Shown: positions 55,702 through 64,000 of the stretch, in pieces
Layout of the letters: every line of letters starts with the position of its first letter
How positions within the stretch are numbered: position 1 is the first letter of the stretch
NCBI GenBank assembly: GCA_947459205.1
Contig: CANHCR010000009.1
Coordinates: 798-64,797, forward strand
Direction: 5' to 3'
From: Bacillales bacterium
Lineage (GTDB): Bacteria; Bacillota; Bacilli; Paenibacillales; CANHCR01
DNA length: 64,000 nucleotides
Notes under the pieces: model-generated
Database searches by the model: none
Seen by the model: only the letters and a program-made list of their open reading frames with translations
Told to the model about the DNA's origin: nothing
Translations under genes and position numbers: made by a program

Positions 55702-58137
55702 ATGATGATTCGCATCGATCTAGAGCGAGCTCGCACGGCACGCACGATTGTCGCGCGTTTGCAGCTAGCCATGAAAGAGCACTGGCAAGTCGCCTTTCCT
55801 TTATATGAAGATGCGGAACGGGCACGCCTGCTTTGTTTGCAAAACGGCGGCGGAAACCGTAATTTCACTCACCCGCGTTTGCTCCAGATGTGGCGAGATC
55901 TTCAAAAGGAATCGCAAATGAACGTCACGATTACGTTTTTCGACCTCAATCGGCATTATGCAAAGTTGGTGGAGGCCGCGTTTCGTGCTGATCTAGCAGA
56001 TTTTTTTGCCACGTGTACAGCAGATGAGCGAACTGCGCTTCCTGTTCTGAATGTGTTCAATTACATTTGTCCTAAACATTGGCAGTTGCAAATCGATGGC
56101 GTCCAGTGGGGCTCCGTTTATGCTCGGACCGAGGTGCCTGAGCTGCCGGTGGATGCTTTATTTGCGTGCAATCGTGAAGCGACGATGGAACCGGTGTGGG
56201 CAGATCAGGCGATTGCATGGTTGGAGTATCGTCTGCATCACTGCAACCAGTTGTCTGAAGTTTCGAAAGTCATCAAGTCTACGTTTAGCAAAATCAAGAA
56301 GCGCCTCTATTTGACGTATCAATTGACGGAACTTTATGAGGCGTATCGCGTCATCCTTGACGCTTTGCCAAAGCTTGCACGCGCCGAACGATTGCTGAAG
56401 ATGTATCGCCTCGAATTCGCACAGCTACTCGCCATCCATTTTGAGGAAGAGTGTGCGCAACCGTTAGCAAATTTCAATCAATCCATCGAGACGAATATTT
56501 TAGACATTCAAGTTCTGACTGCGCTACATGAAGAAATTGCGTTTGATGGCTTTGCTTGGCTTGGACGTTGGCGACAAGAAACGCGCACTTCTTCTGTCAT
56601 CCACCAACGAAAATGCAAGTGGTTCGATCAATGCAACGAATTGTTTCAAGCACATGATGGTCAATACAAGCCTTGGATGCGCGAAATCTTCTGTAAATTA
56701 GCGATTGAGTTCCATGCGCGTATGCAACATCGACAAATGGAGCAACTTTTCGAATGGAACAAATCGGTGCGCTATTGGAACGTAATGGACCGCTTAATTG
56801 TGTTTTATGACTGGCATGAACTCGTGACGAGAGATACAAGTTATCTATTCGATGTGGCGGAACGAATGACTTTCATCGGTCGTTTCGAACGTGTCGTGCG
56901 CAACTATTTCCGCCATTTGCGAGAGGATGATATAAGTGAGCAAGATATGGTAGAGCGGTTCCAAAATCAATATATCGTGCCGCGACAGTTCATGCGTTAT
57001 GATACTTGGATTCGCGAAGTCGATAAGCTAATTGGCAACGAGCGTTGGATGAGTCGCTTTTCCGAAGCAACGCAATTGGATTTGCGTTTTGCGGTGCTGA
57101 AGTCACACACTCTATTGTCGTTTTTTCAAACACCACTCGACGAACGTTTTGCAGAATTACAGCAACAAATTGAGCAACGTTACGGAAGAATGGATCGACG
57201 TTGGATTGAATTGATGACAGATATTTATCCGAAGATCGCTGATCGGCTGAAAAGAGCCGATCAATACGGTCTCTTAATATTGAATTCGATTGAAGAGGAT
57301 AATCACGACAATTTGGGTGATCGACTACAAGTTATCGCAACGTTGTTGGAGCGAAAAACTATTTTGCTGAATCAGTCAACAATCCTCAGTTTGGCTCACG
57401 AATATGTAGAAATTGTGGCATTAACGAAAAAGAAAGATTTGACTGGATTATGCAAATTAATCTGGTCGCGCGGCGCCCGAACATTGTACTTTTATTTAAT
57501 GCAACGGCAACTCGAAACATATGCAGCAATGGATAACAAAAATGTTTTGGATGCTATGCGTTTTTATGGAAACTGCATCTTATTAAATGAGGATATTTTC
57601 AGAACCGCAACTCTTTTTACAAAAGCTTCAGATTATTCTTTTGCTTGTTTCCGCATGGTAGAGCAAATTGTAATCCAAAAAGCTACATTTGATATGAGTC
57701 ACTTATCTTTTTTAGCAAAGTTGTTGGTGATGTGTTCACAGTCGAACGATTCACGGACTCCGTCCATTATGCAAAACTTATATGAGTATGTGTTGAACGG
57801 CATCGAAGAGGTACAAAAACAAGATAAATCTTTATCAGAGAAATGGAGAAATCGTTTTTTTAAAATACTCCGCAATAAAGATTGGCACATTTGGGTGGAA
57901 AAACATGGGGGTGAGCAAATGTGGTGGGATTGGTTGGAGTTTTCTTGGTCAGAAACGAAAAATTGGTATTTGAAGACCTTGAAAGATGTGATGATCGTCT
58001 CACGGTTGAACACGCTCAAAAAATTCGAAACACGTTTTTCCTTGGACGCAGGTCGACTTGCCGCTGTCGCCGAGATGCGAGCAAGATGTTATGATCTGCT
58101 CGGTCCGCATCATCCGAAGGTGAAAGGTGGGATGTGA
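55702..58137 (+). CDS. large hypothetical alpha-helical protein (811 aa)
   Basis: RBS AAAGGAG. Trp/Arg-rich and helical. Its size and position upstream of MoxR/vWA recall the large uncharacterised partners (YehM/DUF4132-like) of other MoxR-vWA loci, but no homology could be verified. Confidence 0.7.
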   Translation: MMIRIDLERARTARTIVARLQLAMKEHWQVAFPLYEDAERARLLCLQNGGGNRNFTHPRLLQMWRDLQKESQMNVTITFFDLNRHYAKLVEAAFRADLADFFATCTADERTALPVLNVFNYICPKHWQLQIDGVQWGSVYARTEVPELPVDALFACNREATMEPVWADQAIAWLEYRLHHCNQLSEVSKVIKSTFSKIKKRLYLTYQLTELYEAYRVILDALPKLARAERLLKMYRLEFAQLLAIHFEEECAQPLANFNQSIETNILDIQVLTALHEEIAFDGFAWLGRWRQETRTSSVIHQRKCKWFDQCNELFQAHDGQYKPWMREIFCKLAIEFHARMQHRQMEQLFEWNKSVRYWNVMDRLIVFYDWHELVTRDTSYLFDVAERMTFIGRFERVVRNYFRHLREDDISEQDMVERFQNQYIVPRQFMRYDTWIREVDKLIGNERWMSRFSEATQLDLRFAVLKSHTLLSFFQTPLDERFAELQQQIEQRYGRMDRRWIELMTDIYPKIADRLKRADQYGLLILNSIEEDNHDNLGDRLQVIATLLERKTILLNQSTILSLAHEYVEIVALTKKKDLTGLCKLIWSRGARTLYFYLMQRQLETYAAMDNKNVLDAMRFYGNCILLNEDIFRTATLFTKASDYSFACFRMVEQIVIQKATFDMSHLSFLAKLLVMCSQSNDSRTPSIMQNLYEYVLNGIEEVQKQDKSLSEKWRNRFFKILRNKDWHIWVEKHGGEQMWWDWLEFSWSETKNWYLKTLKDVMIVSRLNTLKKFETRFSLDAGRLAAVAEMRARCYDLLGPHHPKVKGGM

Positions 58138-58744
58138 TTTGAATCGTCAAACGAAAAAGAAATATCGCCTGCGCAATTGGGATGACGTACAAGAGTTTGA
58201 AAAATATGCGCGACTCATCACCGAACTGATGATTTCCTGTTTGCCTCGCGAACAGGTGGAACGTTTGATGCTGGCGCGTCTAAATGAGCGAGATTTTTCG
58301 ACATTGCAATGTTGGTTCAATCACGATAAAGATTTTACGGCGACCGTCGCGGCGTTGCAAACGCAAGATTTCTCGCGCTTTGTGGAACTTACTTTGTTTA
58401 ACGTATTCAGTGAACTAGAGCGGGCACTTGTCGAGTATTTAGATTCGCTCGATTTCACGCCGGAAGTAGAGGTTCAGAACGCGGAAATTGTGGTGCGCAA
58501 TCCGCTTCCGTTTTTGCAATATACGACGTGGCCGATGGAAGATTACTCGTATCTAGTCGTAAAGACAAGCATCGACAAACAGAAGTTTTGGGCAGAGAAA
58601 TGGAGCCGTTCGGAGCAAAAGATTTTACAAAAGGTATATGCGTACAAGAAAAACCGCAGCGGGCGCTATGTGATTGCAAAAGACGAGTTCGCCAAGGCGT
58701 TGATTGAAATGAACGAGTTGTTAGGCAACCCGACTGATCGTTAA
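58127..58744 (+). CDS. hypothetical protein
   Basis: 205 aa. GTG 58127 or TTG 58139 start, overlapping or abutting the stop of the 811-aa gene (translational coupling). Confidence 0.6.
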   Translation: MGCDLNRQTKKKYRLRNWDDVQEFEKYARLITELMISCLPREQVERLMLARLNERDFSTLQCWFNHDKDFTATVAALQTQDFSRFVELTLFNVFSELERALVEYLDSLDFTPEVEVQNAEIVVRNPLPFLQYTTWPMEDYSYLVVKTSIDKQKFWAEKWSRSEQKILQKVYAYKKNRSGRYVIAKDEFAKALIEMNELLGNPTDR

Positions 58745-58756
58745 GGAGGTACCACC

Positions 58757-59827
58757 ATGCATCATGTGACACCAGGAAAATTGTTGGAAATTTTGCTACC
58801 GCTGTATACGAACGCTGCGAAAATGAGTGAAGTGCCGAGCATCATGCTGTGGGGCGAGCCAGGCATCGGCAAGTCGCAGACGATTCGTAAACTGAAAGAT
58901 GAGTTGCATCGTTTGACGGGCAAGGAGGGATTGTTGCGCGACGTGCGCCTCTTGCTCTACAATCCTGTCGATTTGAAAGGCATTCCCGTGCCTGACGAGG
59001 AGCGAGTGCGCTCGAAGTGGTTGCGACCGACGCTGTTTGATTTCGCGGAGGGTGATGAGTTTCTGCATGTGCTCATGCTCGATGAAATATCGGCAGCTCC
59101 GCCATCCGTGCAGGCAGCAGCATATCAGCTGATTTTGGATCGGCAAATCGGCGATCACAAACTGCCAGACAATGTCGTCGTTATCGCAGCGGGCAACCGC
59201 ATCGGTGATGGCGGTGTTGCGTTTCGTATGCCGACGCCCCTTCGCAATCGCATGACCCATTTTAAAATTGAGCAGGATTTAGACGATTGGCTTTCCTACG
59301 CCGAACGCGATCAGCTGCACGAAGCGGTGCGTGGCTTTATTCGTTTCGCAGGTATTAAGATGCTGCTTGATTTCCGCGCCGACAGCGACGAGGAAGCGTT
59401 TCCGACACCGCGCAGCTGGGAGTTCGTCTCGCGCTATTTGAAGTTGTACGGCGATTCACAACTCGCTGAACCTGCGATTGTTGGAACGGTAGGCAAAGGA
59501 GCAGCAGCTTCCTTTATTGAGTATACGAAAGTGTTCGAGGAATTGCCGGATCTCGAGGCGATTATGGCGGGTCAGCAGGTCGAATTGAAATCGACACGCT
59601 TTGACGTGATTTGTGCGCTGTCCATTCGTATCGCTGGCGTGATTCCGACGATGACGAGTGAGCAAGCCCATCATCTCGTCGATTTTTTACTTAAGTCGGC
59701 GATAAAAATCGAACATATTTTCATGTTGATCAGTGATTTGTGGCGCATATCGAGAACACACGAGATGATACGCGGCATGAGCAGTTTGGTGCAATGGCAA
59801 ATGTCACACAAACGATTTTTTAAGTAG
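58757..59827 (+). CDS. MoxR-like AAA+ ATPase (AAA_5)
   Basis: Walker A GEPGIGKSQ, Walker B LMLDEISAA, sensor VIAAGNR and PTPLRNRM. RBS AAGGAGG. Confidence 0.9.
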   Translation: MHHVTPGKLLEILLPLYTNAAKMSEVPSIMLWGEPGIGKSQTIRKLKDELHRLTGKEGLLRDVRLLLYNPVDLKGIPVPDEERVRSKWLRPTLFDFAEGDEFLHVLMLDEISAAPPSVQAAAYQLILDRQIGDHKLPDNVVVIAAGNRIGDGGVAFRMPTPLRNRMTHFKIEQDLDDWLSYAERDQLHEAVRGFIRFAGIKMLLDFRADSDEEAFPTPRSWEFVSRYLKLYGDSQLAEPAIVGTVGKGAAASFIEYTKVFEELPDLEAIMAGQQVELKSTRFDVICALSIRIAGVIPTMTSEQAHHLVDFLLKSAIKIEHIFMLISDLWRISRTHEMIRGMSSLVQWQMSHKRFFK

Positions 59828-59830
59828 GCG

Positions 59831-61081
59831 ATGCGGATGAACGAAGAACAAGAAGCATTAAAGAAATTGGAAAACTCATTGACCGTACTGATTGTCAAGT
59901 TTCCGTTCTTAGGCAGGTTGGCATTGCACTTGCAATTGCGTGCGCGGCCCGATGTGAAGACCGCGGCGACAGATGGGATTCATTATTTCTATGCGCCGCA
60001 GTTTTTTGCCCGACTGAAGCAAACCGAGGTTAATTTTGTCACGATCCATGAAGTGATGCATGTCGTATTCAAACATATTGAACGTTGCCGTGATCGGGAT
60101 TTGGATTTTGTCACGTACAATTTTGCCTCGGATTATGTGATTAATGCCGCCATCCGTGAACTCGATCCGACGCAAGAGATTTTTAAAATGCCGAAACAAG
60201 GCTTGTACAAAAAGAAATATGAGGGTCTGTATACGGAAGAAGTGTACGCGCTTTTGCAGAACAGCGACTCGGGGCAAGAGTTGATTGATCGTTACAAAAA
60301 GCAAAAAGAAGCGCAAGAACGGGGTGTAGGAGAGGGTACGCATCCGATTAAGGGACACGATGTGTGGCGCGAATTGTACGATCGCTTGTCTCCTTCGGAT
60401 ATTGAGCAGTATGAAAGGGAATGGCAGCGTAGAATCGATAGCGAAATCCGACATTTTCCGGAGCGATTTGCGGGTAGCAGTGCGGGGTCGATGTTTCGCC
60501 GGTTTGTGCTTGAGCGTGCGGTGCCGAAAAAAAACTGGCGCCGGTTGCTGCACGAGTTCTTGGCATTTGAAAGCAACGATTTCGGCTTCAATCCGCCGAA
60601 TCCCAATATGATGCACTTATCGCAATTTGGCTACGATGTGATCATGCCGGATTGGAGCGAGCAAGAGCCTGTTTTGCGCAACATCGTGTTCGCCGTCGAT
60701 ACGTCGGGGTCGGTTGATGGCGCACAGTTTCAACTTGTACACAATGAGATCATTGCCTGCCTGCAAATGTTTGGCGGGCGCGTGGATGGCAAGTTGATTT
60801 ACTGTGACGCTCATATTCCTGATGATGGTGTGTACGACATTGTGAACGTGAAAAACGCGCTGCCGGTCGGCGGTGGTGGCACGAGTTTCATCCCCGTATT
60901 CGAGTGGATCGCAGCTAATTGGCAAAATCAGTGTGCGGGCCTCGTGTATTTGACCGATGGGTATGGTGAATTTCCCGATTTTGCTCCGCCGTATCCCGTA
61001 CTTTGGGTGCTGTTGCGAAAGAAGCATGAATGTGAGGTCGAAGTGCCGTTCGGCAGTCGAACCGAGTTAATTATGGATTGA
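59831..61081 (+). CDS. vWA domain protein with N-terminal HExxH metallopeptidase-like domain (DUF2201-type)
   Basis: IHEVMHVVFKH (HExxH) in the N-terminal half. MIDAS VFAVDTSGSVDG and a YLTDGYG-type strand in the C-terminal half. Starts 3 nt after the MoxR stop. Confidence 0.85.
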   Translation: MRMNEEQEALKKLENSLTVLIVKFPFLGRLALHLQLRARPDVKTAATDGIHYFYAPQFFARLKQTEVNFVTIHEVMHVVFKHIERCRDRDLDFVTYNFASDYVINAAIRELDPTQEIFKMPKQGLYKKKYEGLYTEEVYALLQNSDSGQELIDRYKKQKEAQERGVGEGTHPIKGHDVWRELYDRLSPSDIEQYEREWQRRIDSEIRHFPERFAGSSAGSMFRRFVLERAVPKKNWRRLLHEFLAFESNDFGFNPPNPNMMHLSQFGYDVIMPDWSEQEPVLRNIVFAVDTSGSVDGAQFQLVHNEIIACLQMFGGRVDGKLIYCDAHIPDDGVYDIVNVKNALPVGGGGTSFIPVFEWIAANWQNQCAGLVYLTDGYGEFPDFAPPYPVLWVLLRKKHECEVEVPFGSRTELIMD

Positions 61082-61293
61082 CACGATTCTCTTGAATAAC
61101 TTCATAATTGCTGATTTCAAAAGATTAAAAATACAACCTTCTAGGGTGAAGTCGGATTTTTCAATTTTCGAAAATTTTAGCGTCCTTTGTGCCCGTTGCT
61201 CGTTGTACGATGAAACGTTGTCGAATGCTATGCTTTACCTTTGATTCAAATAATCTTTAGCCGATTTCTACGGATTGTATACGATTACAGCAA

Positions 61294-61490
61294 TGTCAAT
61301 CACCCGTTTTCCATTGCGAATCCGAATCGATATTTTCGTTGATGAACCGAATTCAGTTGCTCTTGGGTTATACGTTTTCAGTAAATGGGGATTAAGTTTT
61401 AATTTCGCTTGCTATCTGCGACACTTCAAGGCGATGAGATGTTTTACAATTTGCTGATACGTTAATATGAGATTTCGTCAAACTTGACGA
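61294..61490 (+). repeat. about 195-bp direct repeat, copy B (near-identical to 32805-33000)
   Basis: See copy A. Carries an open 54-codon frame (MSITRFPLRIRID..GLSFNFACY..) that is frameshifted in copy A. It ends at the start region of the 61484 gene. Confidence 0.9.
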
Positions 61491-63133
61491 TGGGGGTGGA
61501 GGTAATAAAAAACATTTCTATGCAAGACTTCAGCGTTGATGATGTTCCGAATCTAATTCGCTCCGCTGTCGATGAGATTAATTCTACACATAACAGTTTT
61601 GGGCCATACAACCGAGAATCTCTTGTCAAAGTGAAAGGTTGGCTTGAAACCGCATGGCAACTGATGGTTGACAAGGAGTTCTGTGAGACTCATCTGCAAA
61701 TCGCTTGGCCGTTAACGGTTGTATATATTAGGCTGAATTTGCCTCATAGCATTGATGAACTCATACAATACTTGAAAAAACATGATCGTGAAGGTTTGTC
61801 CGAATCTCTGTTAAGCTTGATGAAAACCTCGCAAGCTCTATCAAATTACACTTCAATCTATAAAACATATCATAACGGCTCAGTGGTGTATGAGTTGTCA
61901 AATCCAAAAGCTGTGGCACAACTTATTGCATTGTGTAGTGAACATCGGTATTGGGTGTTAGATATGAGAATTAAGGAACAACCTGTTTTACATGGTCACT
62001 CAATCGTCAAAGGTTTAACTGAGGCAGATGGAGCGATTTTGCTTGAATTAATGACGAATCGACGAGGAGCATCTTCGCAACTCATCATAGAGAGGTTGAA
62101 CGAAGTGCTTGATTCGGTTGTTGAAGCGGAACAGTTTGATCTCCGGATGTCACGACTACGCACACAATTAAGAGATCAATTTTCCGAACTAATCCCTCGA
62201 GATACCTTGTTTATCAATGAGTCTGAACGATATGAATGGAACGTGCCTGGTACGTTCTATGTAGTTGAAACAATTGATTATAAATCTATCAGTACCTCGG
62301 ACTTTTTGAATATCGGGCTAACACCGTATCATGTTTGCGACTTGTCAGATATGACGGAAATGAGTGATTTTGAAGCGTTTGAAAAATTTTGTTTGGCGGT
62401 CGCAGTGGAATACGGTTTATTTGTTGAAAAAGAACCTTACTCGCTTGATCAAGTATTACAACATCTAACGGAGTCGGCAGATGATAAAAAAATTCTTTCA
62501 CTATCTGGGGAGTTAATTAAAGGATTAGTAGTCTGTCAAATCCATCTGAAACATTCTGGTGAGATTGATAAAGTATGGGGTGAAATTGAAGCGATTTTGA
62601 AAAAAAACAAATTGTACAATTTCTATGAAAGGTATAATTATCTTTATCGTGCGTTAGATGAAAGTAGGTCACCGCATCTTTTGTATATAAATGGTGAGCA
62701 ATTTCGTGATGTGACCCTAGATCGTGTATATCGCACAATTGAGGATGCTCATGATCGTGAGGATATGTTAGTCTTGGACTATCGTGTTGCCATTCGACCC
62801 CGAATCCATGCTGCGGGAATAACTTGGGAAGTAACGCCGCTTCAAGGGAAATTATTGTTCGCGCTTATGACAACAACTCGCCCTGTGACAAAGGAGCAAA
62901 TTATCGCTTACGTAGGTGAATCCTTTTCATTCGATCGAATGCTCCAAAATTTAAGACAAAGATTTGAAGACAAGTATCCTAACCATTACAACACTAAGTT
63001 TCTTCGCAGTCCAGATAAAAAAGGATATCGCATTGGACTGGATTGTGAATTTGCTGTCATTGATAGAAAAACATACGAACCTTACACTGGGATCATTAAA
63101 CCATCACCTATAATTCAATTCACTAACATCTAG
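61484..63133 (+). CDS. putative transcriptional regulator with two OmpR/PhoB-type winged-helix (Trans_reg_C-like) domains and no receiver domain
   Basis: Two matching segments: LTEADGAILLELMTNRRGASSQLIIERL..FDLRMSRLRTQLRDQF and VTPLQGKLLFALMTTTRPVTKEQIIAYV..DRMLQNLRQRFEDKY. Start ambiguous (TTG 61484, ATG 61490 or ATG 61520). Confidence 0.65.
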   Translation: MTMGVEVIKNISMQDFSVDDVPNLIRSAVDEINSTHNSFGPYNRESLVKVKGWLETAWQLMVDKEFCETHLQIAWPLTVVYIRLNLPHSIDELIQYLKKHDREGLSESLLSLMKTSQALSNYTSIYKTYHNGSVVYELSNPKAVAQLIALCSEHRYWVLDMRIKEQPVLHGHSIVKGLTEADGAILLELMTNRRGASSQLIIERLNEVLDSVVEAEQFDLRMSRLRTQLRDQFSELIPRDTLFINESERYEWNVPGTFYVVETIDYKSISTSDFLNIGLTPYHVCDLSDMTEMSDFEAFEKFCLAVAVEYGLFVEKEPYSLDQVLQHLTESADDKKILSLSGELIKGLVVCQIHLKHSGEIDKVWGEIEAILKKNKLYNFYERYNYLYRALDESRSPHLLYINGEQFRDVTLDRVYRTIEDAHDREDMLVLDYRVAIRPRIHAAGITWEVTPLQGKLLFALMTTTRPVTKEQIIAYVGESFSFDRMLQNLRQRFEDKYPNHYNTKFLRSPDKKGYRIGLDCEFAVIDRKTYEPYTGIIKPSPIIQFTNI

Positions 63134-63198
63134 TGAAAGCCTGCTCACTTAGGATAAAGATAAGTAATAAACACACTTATTATAAGGGAGCGATTAAG

Positions 63199-63942
63199 AT
63201 GTCGAAAAACAACGATCAGATTAGAGAATTGCTAGCTTTTTATCAAAACAATGGTGACCGTCATGCACTGGAACAAATCATGATGGAACATATGAAACTG
63301 GTTTGTTTTATCGTGAACCAATTTTTGTCCGACAAAGAGACATATGCGAGAACATGGTTTGATGATTTATGCTCGGAAGGAAATCTTGGTTTGATGCATG
63401 CCGCAAATGAATATGATTTGTCTCGTAACACTAAATTCTCTCATTATGCTTATATGAAAATTTTTCGCAATGTGAGTCGAGCGTATCATGAGTGTATAAA
63501 ACAAATGAAAGTCCCGTATTCACATGTGACTCGTCTGAAGCGATACATTGAAGCGGATAGCATGTTTAAGAACGCACTTAATTTGGAAGTATCACATCGT
63601 GAGTTTATAAAATCAGAGATGGGGATTTCGGAATGCCAATACTGGAATCTCAAGCATGCCGCAGCTGCTAGTGACGTTGATTTTTTAGATGACGATTCCT
63701 TTGAAACATCAGCCATAACTCCAACAATTCGTTTAGAAGACGAGGTGATTTATGGAGAGTTTGAAACTTTTTTAAACCATATCTTGTCTCAATTAGATGT
63801 GGAAGTGGGGCAACTGGTCGTACAAAGAATGAACATCGATTTTTCGCGTAAATCGCAACAAAAAGTATTAAGTAGAAAGGAAAAACAAGTCCTTCAACCG
63901 GTGCAGTCACTTATCGGCGAGTGGTTTAACGAATCAAATTAA
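63199..63942 (+). CDS. sigma-70 family RNA polymerase sigma factor (divergent; region 4 not obvious)
   Basis: Region 2 DLCSEGNLGLMHAANEYDLSRNTKFSHYAYMKIFRNVSRA, then MKVPYSHVTRLKRY, then a region-3-like HTH. ATG 63199 follows AAGGGAG (track start 63133). Confidence 0.8.
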   Translation: MSKNNDQIRELLAFYQNNGDRHALEQIMMEHMKLVCFIVNQFLSDKETYARTWFDDLCSEGNLGLMHAANEYDLSRNTKFSHYAYMKIFRNVSRAYHECIKQMKVPYSHVTRLKRYIEADSMFKNALNLEVSHREFIKSEMGISECQYWNLKHAAAASDVDFLDDDSFETSAITPTIRLEDEVIYGEFETFLNHILSQLDVEVGQLVVQRMNIDFSRKSQQKVLSRKEKQVLQPVQSLIGEWFNESN

Positions 63943-63959
63943 TTCATTAGGAGGCACTT

Positions 63960-64000
63960 ATGAAAACATTCGATTTTGAACAATTCGTACAAGCGTTATC
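63960..64000 (+). CDS. hypothetical protein, 3'-truncated by the window edge
   Basis: ATG 63960 lies 6 nt after AGGAGG. Only 13 codons are visible. Confidence 0.4.
   Translation, partial: MKTFDFEQFVQAL

Noticed and set aside
32805-61490. The direct repeats considered as attL/attR of a prophage or integrative element.
   Set aside because: No integrase, recombinase, excisionase, phage structural or conjugation genes lie in the 28.5 kb between them, and 195 bp is long for an att core. This is kept only as a Campbell-type homologous-recombination scenario in the findings.
1-64000. Search for tRNA, rRNA, tmRNA or other structured RNA genes in intergenic regions.
   Set aside because: No intergenic stretch showed cloverleaf-type complementarity or rRNA-like conservation on inspection. 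A tRNAscan/Infernal run would be needed to exclude small RNAs.

Overview
This 64-kb window looks like a Bacillota (Bacillales-like) chromosome, judged from GGAGG Shine-Dalgarno sites, frequent GTG/TTG starts, stem-plus-T-run terminators and a Cheo-type GAAC-N4-GTTC box. All calls come from reading the sequence and recognising motifs by eye; no database search was run.

**Core-like region (about 1-12.4 kb, GC-rich):** a secreted stalk/Ig-like protein, a MATE efflux pump, sbcD-sbcC, several small unknown genes and an Rpn/YhgA-like PD-(D/E)XK nuclease.

**Accessory region (about 12.4-64 kb):** a compositionally mosaic, almost entirely plus-strand defence-type island. In order it contains:
- a membrane-anchored Mrr-like endonuclease;
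- a type III R-M locus extended by an SNF2-type helicase and a DUF4391-like gene, interrupted by an exonuclease-BRCT gene and an AAA-ATPase/RloB (AbiL-like) pair, with res broken by one in-frame TAA;
- an EVE-HNH type IV enzyme;
- a 1508-aa SF1 (Upf1-like) helicase with a C-terminal Vsr/DUF559-like nuclease;
- an operon with three dynamin-like GTPases (Eleos/LeoABC-like), a 21-aa-repeat protein, an HExxH protein and a secreted Ig/propeller-like protein;
- McrBC, with McrB carrying an EVE-like reader domain;
- a HEPN (RNxxAH) protein flanked by two membrane proteins;
- an eight-gene operon (51.6-61.1 kb) of six unrecognisable proteins ending in a MoxR AAA+ ATPase and a vWA/HExxH protein;
- a dual winged-helix regulator and a sigma-70-family factor.

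**Most unusual features:**
- The 51.6-61.1 kb MoxR-vWA operon and the expanded dynamin operon are the best candidates for undescribed systems.
- Two families of about 190-bp non-coding modules tie these loci together. One is a leader carrying an intrinsic terminator and a conserved 9-codon mini-ORF. The other is a near-identical direct repeat bracketing 28.5 kb, which appears to be a decayed 5' fragment of a paralogue of operon gene 52677..53294.

No rRNA, tRNA, CRISPR array, integrase or intact transposase was seen.
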